Assembly: GCF_032191835.1 (NCBI RefSeq)
Contig: NC_083229.1
Coordinates: 97,588,001-97,652,000, forward strand
Direction: 5' to 3'
DNA from: Heteronotia binoei
Lineage: Eukaryota
DNA: 64,000 nt
Numbering within the stretch: the first letter of the stretch is position 1; each line of letters starts with the position of its first letter. Both the position numbers and the translations under genes were made by a program. Below, piece after piece: positions 60,870 to 64,000 of the stretch. The notes under the pieces are model-generated. The model saw nothing but the letters and a program-made list of their open reading frames with translations, did not search any database and was not told the DNA's origin.

Positions 60870-61747
60870 CCCTGGCGCCGAGTACGCTGAGGGCATACGA
60901 GCGTGCTGTGCGGCAATTTCGGGAGTTCAGAATGGACGCCGGGTTGCATGACGATTGGCCAGTGCCGGTCCCCCAGCTCATGCAGTTTTTGGTTTTTCAG
61001 AAGGAGCGGGGCTTGGCAGTCAAGTCAATTAGGGGGCAGCTGGCGGCAATCGCTTTCGTGAGCAAAGCCCAGGGCATTGCCGAAAACACCGGAGACTTTA
61101 GGGTTAGAAAAATGTTGGAGGGGTGGTCTAGGGAAAGAGGTACCCAGGCTGACCCACGCCAACCCATTTCTCCAGCGGTGCTGCGAGGCTTGGGCCAGGT
61201 TTGGCCTAAGGTATGTTCATCCTCCTTTGAGGTTGCTTTGTTCAATGCGGCAGCGCTAACTGCCTTTTTTGGGGCCTTGAGAGTTAGCGAGTTGGTGGCC
61301 CGATCCCGCAGTGATCGGGCTTATCGTGCTCTTAGGAACGATGATATTTCGTTTCAAGATGAGAAGGTGGTGATAAGGGTTCGACGGTCCAAAACGGACC
61401 AGTCGGGAAAGGGGGCCAATGTGATCCTCGGCCCTTGTAGTGAAGCCGAGTTATGCCCTGTTAGAGCACTTCGGCAATATGTCGCATTAAGGGGTGAAGC
61501 GGTGGGGGCATTATTTAGTCATTTAGACGGGTCACCGCTTACCAAATTTCAGTTCTGGGCAGTAACAGCGCGGGCCTTGGATTTGCTCGGGCTTAAAGGG
61601 GTGAAATTTGGCACCCATTCTTTCAGAATTGGGGCAGCTTCCACTGCAGCAATGTTGGGGTATCTGGGCCCGGAGATTCAGAGGGTAGGTAGATGGCGTT
61701 CTGCTGCCTACCGCTCGTATGTTCGGCCGTTACTTTCGGCAGTGTAG
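60827..61747 (+). CDS. Tyrosine recombinase (integrase), uninterrupted, no ATG at its start
   Basis: Catalytic set R (ALRVSEL), K (RSKTDQ), HxxR (HSFRIG), W (GRWRS) and Y (YRSY). Confidence 0.93.
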   Translation: MAAWRVEAGRAITLALAPSTLRAYERAVRQFREFRMDAGLHDDWPVPVPQLMQFLVFQKERGLAVKSIRGQLAAIAFVSKAQGIAENTGDFRVRKMLEGWSRERGTQADPRQPISPAVLRGLGQVWPKVCSSSFEVALFNAAALTAFFGALRVSELVARSRSDRAYRALRNDDISFQDEKVVIRVRRSKTDQSGKGANVILGPCSEAELCPVRALRQYVALRGEAVGALFSHLDGSPLTKFQFWAVTARALDLLGLKGVKFGTHSFRIGAASTAAMLGYLGPEIQRVGRWRSAAYRSYVRPLLSAV

Positions 61748-61796
61748 GCCGGTTTAGCAATTTTCCTGCTTAATCTAGTTGTCCGGATAAACCGGT

Positions 61797-62423
61797 GTGT
61801 TCTTGGTTGACTGTTTTTTCCTTCCAGGTTCGGTGGCTCGTCAGGAGAGGCTGCACATCCTCGTCTGCGGGCACAGTTTTGTGTTCTGGGCGGCCCACTT
61901 TGCTCGGAGGTCTTCCATGGGTTCACAGTTGGGCCTCAGTGAGTGGGCCACAGTTGAGTGGCAGGGGCGCCGTGGGCTACGTTGGCCCGGCCTGTTGCCA
62001 CTATTGTTTTATGAGTGGAAGGGAGTGCAGCCTGACATTCTGGTCATTCACCTGGGAGGGAATGACCTGGGATGGATGAAGGGTAAGGCCTTTTCCTTAC
62101 AGGCCGTTGCGGACCTGCAGGTCATCCTGAGGAGGTGGCCGGGGGTTCGCATAGTTTGGTCTGCCATCCTGCCACGGCAGGTTTGGCGAGGGGCTTGGTG
62201 CCCAGGGGGTATTGAAAGGGCCAGGAAAAAGGCCAATCGAGCCCTTCAGTTAGCTTTGGAGGGTGGTTTAGGGAGTTTTTTACCTCACCCAGCAATTAAG
62301 GTGGGTTGTAGTGAGTTATACAGATCTGACGGGGTGCATCTGTCTGATGCAGGTAATAGAGCCTTTTTAGGCGAGCTTAAGGTGGGCCTTCGGGCAGCTC
62401 TGGGCTGCCCGGTGGGGCGCTAA
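61797..62423 (+). CDS. SGNH/GDSL hydrolase ORF of the Ngaro element
   Basis: LVCGHSFV (block I), HLGGNDL (block III), SDGVHL (block V); preceded by a splice-acceptor-like sequence. Confidence 0.85.
   Translation: MFLVDCFFLPGSVARQERLHILVCGHSFVFWAAHFARRSSMGSQLGLSEWATVEWQGRRGLRWPGLLPLLFYEWKGVQPDILVIHLGGNDLGWMKGKAFSLQAVADLQVILRRWPGVRIVWSAILPRQVWRGAWCPGGIERARKKANRALQLALEGGLGSFLPHPAIKVGCSELYRSDGVHLSDAGNRAFLGELKVGLRAALGCPVGR
61807..61827 (+). promoter_or_regulatory. Candidate 3' splice acceptor for the hydrolase exon
   Basis: Branch-like ttgac, pyrimidine tract tgttttttcccttc, CAG|G at 61825-61828. Confidence 0.5.
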
Positions 62424-62446
62424 TGCCTAAGCGGAGGCTTGGCATT

Positions 62447-62848
62447 GGCAGTAGGAGCAAGGGGTTACGGAAACACAGGGGAGCACCCAGGGCACTGCAC
62501 CTGTGGGTGCAAGCGATCGGCAGGAGCGGCAGATGGGCTCTACGGCTCAGTGTTGCAGAATGCCGATTGTGGGATCCCTTCCCACAAGACCGGCTCTTCC
62601 TGGGTGATTATGCCGGTGTGGGGTAGGAGGATCTGGCCTGGCTGGCCTGACATGAGCCAAAACCGTGGCTAATGACAGGGGCAGGGTGGCTCGCTCAGAC
62701 ATGGGCAAGGTGGGGTCATGGGATGACCCCGGGGCTTGTCCGTTTCTGGTAACCCTTGCCATGCTTGCTATAGTTGTTTATTTCAATAAAGGGCCCATTT
62801 TTACCAAACTCATGTTGTCAGTCTCTTCATTCCGACCTTTGGGGGCAA
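62447..62848 (+). repeat. Split direct repeat B1
   Basis: 402 bp, identical to 63182-63583 except A62675/T63410; AATAAA at 62785. Confidence 0.95.
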
Positions 62849-63028
62849 TCCGGCCTCTATACCGCCGCGCCGTGTTAGCGGCTATAGGCGGGGAGGCCGC
62901 AGTTGCACCCTGGGAGGAGGAGGAGACGGCTTTGCCTTCCCGGGCATACGGGGAGTTGAGGGGGTGGAGTGCCAGAGCTGTTAATCTGGGCTCCGCCCCT
63001 GAGCACGCACTTGTTTCGCGGCTCTCGG
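62847..63028 (+). repeat. Split direct repeat A2
   Basis: Overlaps B1 by AA, forming the internal copy of the circle junction gggggc-AA-tccggcc. Confidence 0.95.
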
Positions 63029-63181
63029 CCCGCCCACCCGCCCTTCAGCAGTACAGGTTTAACCGGTCGCCTGTTTTGGGGCCAGGTAGGAATTTTTTCA
63101 CACTCACCTGATTGGCTGTTGGTGAGGTGTTTTTCGCCTACCTTGTACTGCTTGTTAGTGGAGGGTAGATTGGTAGGAGTA

Positions 63182-63583
63182 GGCAGTAGGAGCAAGGGGT
63201 TACGGAAACACAGGGGAGCACCCAGGGCACTGCACCTGTGGGTGCAAGCGATCGGCAGGAGCGGCAGATGGGCTCTACGGCTCAGTGTTGCAGAATGCCG
63301 ATTGTGGGATCCCTTCCCACAAGACCGGCTCTTCCTGGGTGATTATGCCGGTGTGGGGTAGGAGGATCTGGCCTGGCTGGCCTGACATGAGCCAAAACCG
63401 TGGCTAATGTCAGGGGCAGGGTGGCTCGCTCAGACATGGGCAAGGTGGGGTCATGGGATGACCCCGGGGCTTGTCCGTTTCTGGTAACCCTTGCCATGCT
63501 TGCTATAGTTGTTTATTTCAATAAAGGGCCCATTTTTACCAAACTCATGTTGTCAGTCTCTTCATTCCGACCTTTGGGGGCAA
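63182..63583 (+). repeat. Split direct repeat B2
   Basis: Copy of B1; AATAAA at 63520. Confidence 0.95.
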
Positions 63584-64000
63584 CTCTTATTATTGTTCAA
63601 GAAAGGTTCCAAGTCAGATCCAGCAAATTACCACCCTATTAGTTTTCTCTCATCAGTGGCAAAGTTGTATACGTCATACTTATACTTCAAATTAGAGGAA
63701 TGGACAACCTCTAATAATATCCTTGGGTGGGAGCAAATTGGTTTTAGGAAGCACCTCAAAATCATTGTTTGATCTTAGCCCATTTAGTTGAAAAATATAC
63801 TTCACCAGCTAGAGGCAAACTATAAATTGCATTTATAGATCTCAAGAAAGCCTTTGACATGATATACAGAAGTAGATTGTGGGGGAAACAGAAACATATC
63901 CTGATTGATAAAAGATTGTTCTGGCCAATAAAAACCTCTGTTCCTCTTGTGTGACTCAAGTTTACTGTGGAGAAAAGGGAGAACTCACAGAGAAATAAAA
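63584..64000 (+). pseudogene. Continuation of the old LINE RT, right of the Ngaro insertion
   Basis: FKKGSKSDPANYHPISFLSSVAKLY..EQIGFRK and IAFIDLKKAFD. Confidence 0.8.

Larger units (their letters stand above)
58029..63583 (+). mobile_element. Ngaro-type tyrosine-recombinase retrotransposon with split direct repeats (5555 bp)
   Basis: A1-gag-RT/RH-YR-hydrolase-B1-A2-spacer-B2 layout; no methyltransferase domain and no ITR/ICR seen; no long TSD. Confidence 0.93.

Noticed and set aside
62423-63642. Duplicated small ORFs in the B and A repeats
   Set aside because: They are by-products of the terminal repeats, with no domain evidence.

Overview
Vertebrate (squamate, probably gecko-like) genomic DNA with no host protein-coding gene that I can recognise. 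It consists almost entirely of layered transposable elements; Sauria SINE, BovB, CR1, L2, L1, RTE, Penelope-like pieces and many hAT MITEs with 8-bp TSDs support the squamate assignment. Two elements look young and largely intact. (1) A CR1 LINE (7376-11074) has an SGNH-esterase ORF1 remnant and an uninterrupted 988-aa EN-RT ORF2. ORF1 ends on the canonical -1 ribosomal frameshift heptamer U_UUA_AAC with ORF2 open in the -1 frame, which suggests a Gag-Pol-like ORF1-ORF2 fusion. (2) A 5555-bp Ngaro-type tyrosine-recombinase retrotransposon (58029-63583) has split direct repeats A1..B1-A2..B2 with 1 mismatch per pair. It carries a truncated gag, RT/RNaseH, tyrosine recombinase and SGNH hydrolase ORFs, and sits inside an old LINE whose empty site can be rebuilt. 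Several nested insertions give a local chronology: RTE into L1, L2 into BovB, LTR into CR1, and MITE into MITE into MITE. All coordinates and alignments were read by eye. No searches or folding programs were run, so family names are pattern recognition.
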